DNA from: Camelus ferus
Lineage: Eukaryota
NCBI RefSeq assembly: GCF_009834535.1
Contig: NC_045705.1
Coordinates: 32,488,001-32,552,000 of the forward strand
Reading direction: 5' to 3'
Length of the DNA: 64,000 nt
The notes under the pieces were generated by a model. The model saw only the letters and a program-made list of their open reading frames with translations, did not search any database and was not told the origin of the DNA. Below are positions 61,488-64,000 of the stretch, in pieces. Positions within the stretch are counted from its first letter, which is position 1; each line of letters opens with the position of its first letter. The position numbers were made by a program, and so were the translations under genes.

Positions 61488-62428
61488 TTATTTTGTTAAA
61501 CATGTTCTGCTGATCACTTTGCTCATGGCCTCCTTCACATCTTTGTTCCTGAGGCTGTAGATCATGGGATTTAACATGGGAATCACCGTGGTGTTAAACA
61601 CAGCCACTGTTTTCCCCTGCTCCACGGACTCCTCTGTGGGACGTCTGAGATACATGAAAATAAGAGTTCCATAAAATATGACGACCGCTGTCAAATGGGA
61701 GCCACAAGTGGAAAAGGCGTTCCGCCTCCCGTCTGCCGAGTGCATCCGCAGAATGGCAATGAGAATGAACAGGTAAGATATGATCACCACAGTTAGACAA
61801 TAAGTGAAATTAATGCCTGCGAGTATGATCATCGAATATTCTTTAACAAAGGTGCCAGCATAGGCCATCTTGATGAGAGGTGGGTCTGCAGAGTAGAAGT
61901 GGTTGATCTCAATTTTCCCACAGAAGTACAAGCCATGCGTCCATAACGTTGCTGCCAGACTCGTCAGAAAACCATACACATAAGGGAACGAAATCAGTCG
62001 AATACAGACAACCCTGGACATTTTGCTGCCATAGAGCAGAGGGTTGCCAATTGCCATGTTGCCATGTACCTGTCAAAGGCCATCACAGCGAGAATAAAAA
62101 TCTCTACGTGGACAAGGGCTATAAAGAAGAAACACTGTACCAAGCAACCAGCGTAAGAAATAGTTTTTGTCTCTGATAACAGGTTTTCCAACATTTTAGG
62201 GGTGACACTGGAAGAAAACCACACATCCACTAATGACAGATGACTTAGAAAAAAGTACATGGGGCTGCCGAGCTGTGGACTGACCTTAATTAACATGATC
62301 ATGCTGATATTACCCGCCACGGTGATGATGTAGACCAGCAGGAAAGTGATGAAGAAGAGGACTTGCCATTCCCGGCGACTGGTGAGTCCCAAGAGAATAA
62401 ACTCTGTCACATCGGTGACATTGAGCAT
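61488..62428 (-). pseudogene. OR5M3: OR5M3-like olfactory receptor pseudogene
   Basis: Matches recalled OR5M3. An 8-bp tandem duplication (TGCCATGT x2, 62052-62067) shifts the frame just after MAFDRY. Also HFYSAD and KMAYAG (two EC2 Cys lost) and VFNTT. Acceptor ttcacAG at 62465-62464. Confidence 0.93.
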
Positions 62429-64000
62429 TTTCTCAGTTCTGGGTGGATATGAGTTACAAATTCCTGTGAAAACTAAAAGGAAATAAATTTTGAAATCACA
62501 TATTGACTATTAATTTTTATTTTCATCCATGCCCTTTTTCATTTTTTTCTTTATTAAATATCTGTGACTGCATTTTGCTACTCTTTTCAGCAAATCATTT
62601 CTGACCATTTGCTAATGTAACGTACTCTCGGAAGGCTCCCTGGTTGGATAAATACAGAGTCTACTTACATAACAGGTGTACGAAATGTGATTGAAATACG
62701 CTAGTACTCGATAGTGAATTTAGCCAAATTTCCAAGACCACTTCTTCAACATCCCTTTTTTCCAACACTGGCTTGTTTGGTATTTTCATATTTTGAAGAT
62801 GTTTTGGAGGTCTATAGTTCTCTTTTTATCATCACTCAAAATTACTATGTTATCTCTGTTTCATCATAGGCATATTCTCCATGATTAGAGAAGGAAGCCA
62901 CTTAATCAAGTAATTCATCAGCCCTAATTGTCAAATAAAAATTATTTTTAATCTAACCTCATCCTTGGACTCATTTAAAGAGGGATGAACTGATGATCAC
63001 AGCAGTCATCAAAATAAAGGTGTAAGCCATTTATACACATTCCTACATTATGCACAGTACCTGGACATGGACTCTTGGCATCTCTAATGTGTAATTATAA
63101 TCTACCAGACATCATCCACTCTTATGTTCTGGAGATCAAATATAAGTGAGACAAGGAGATTAATGTCTATTTAGAGTGGTATTGATGTCAATAGTCTTTC
63201 TAAAACTGTGGTGTACTCTTACAGAGTTATACTGGAGGCAGAAAGTGGGGAATGTTTGCCTTTTCCTTGGCAATCCAATGGAGTTCTTCTTGGATATAGG
63301 TTGTGTCATAGGAACATTTTTCTAGAACAATATTTCCGAAATTATTTTCCTATAGAAACACGAGTGCTCTGTATGCTGTTAATAGGTATTGTGGAGAAAA
63401 ATCCACAAGGGTTCATTCATCAGATAATGAGAAATCTTTATATCTTCTGCAAACTCTTAGAGACACATGACTTATCTAGTAAAGGTAAACTGTGAGAAGC
63501 TGTGTGGGAAAGAATTCTATTATGCTTAGTCTAGCTGGCATTTACTTAGCTTAAAGATGAAGGAAAGGAGAGAGAATAATAAAGCAAAAAGAGAGACACA
63601 GAGAGAGAGTTCCTCAAAATCAGCCAACATTGAGGTTCTTTGGAACACAGAGAGTAATTCTATCAAAAAAGATTCCAGAGAGAGCTTTGCAACAGGGCGA
63701 TGAGTTTGTTGGAGCTGGGACTGCGCCATGCTCTCCAAGGGCTAAATGTCATTTGATTATTCCCCAAACCCTTGTTTTCACCTCCAGGATTACACTTGGT
63801 GCAACTACCCTTTGATGCGTATCCAAAGTTATCCTCGTGTTAGGACCAGGAAAGATAAGAGCAGGTAAGAAGATGACCTCATTGCCAGAGTGAAAATAAA
63901 CACACTCTTATTCACAAAGGTAATCCACTGCCTTCTACTCACCCCGTTTGGAAAGAAAGGTTTTTCATGAGGAAGGAGAATGCTACGAACCCAAGTAAAT

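Overview
Mammalian genomic DNA: AT-rich, with two N gaps at 24139-24275 and 50336-50480. It is part of a class II olfactory receptor (OR) cluster of the OR5/OR8 clade. Two tRNA-derived SINE copies look like the camelid SINE family, so the source is probably a camel, llama or alpaca (inference). Gene order: 3' end of an OR8J-like gene (+), intact OR8U-like (+), frameshifted OR8U-like paralog (+), frameshifted OR5AL1 (+), intact OR8U3/OR5R1 (-), intact OR8U/OR5-clade gene (+), frameshifted OR5M9 (-), frameshifted OR5M3 (-). That gives 3 intact genes, 4 pseudogenes and 1 partial gene, in an order matching my recollection of human 11q12.1. The rest is L1, L2, MIR, DNA-transposon relics and solo LTRs, several with readable target-site duplications (TSDs). 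I found no firmly supported novel system. The best leads are: (1) a gene-conversion tract between the OR8U paralogs; (2) an intergenic cluster of repeated homeodomain + O/E composite motifs resembling an OR enhancer at about 41.8 kb; (3) a predicted upstream coding exon adding 22 aa in frame to the 47.1-kb receptor; (4) paralog-conserved promoter and 5' exon modules; (5) two nested inverted pairs of solo LTRs. Gene and repeat names come from recalled sequence similarity, not from searches.
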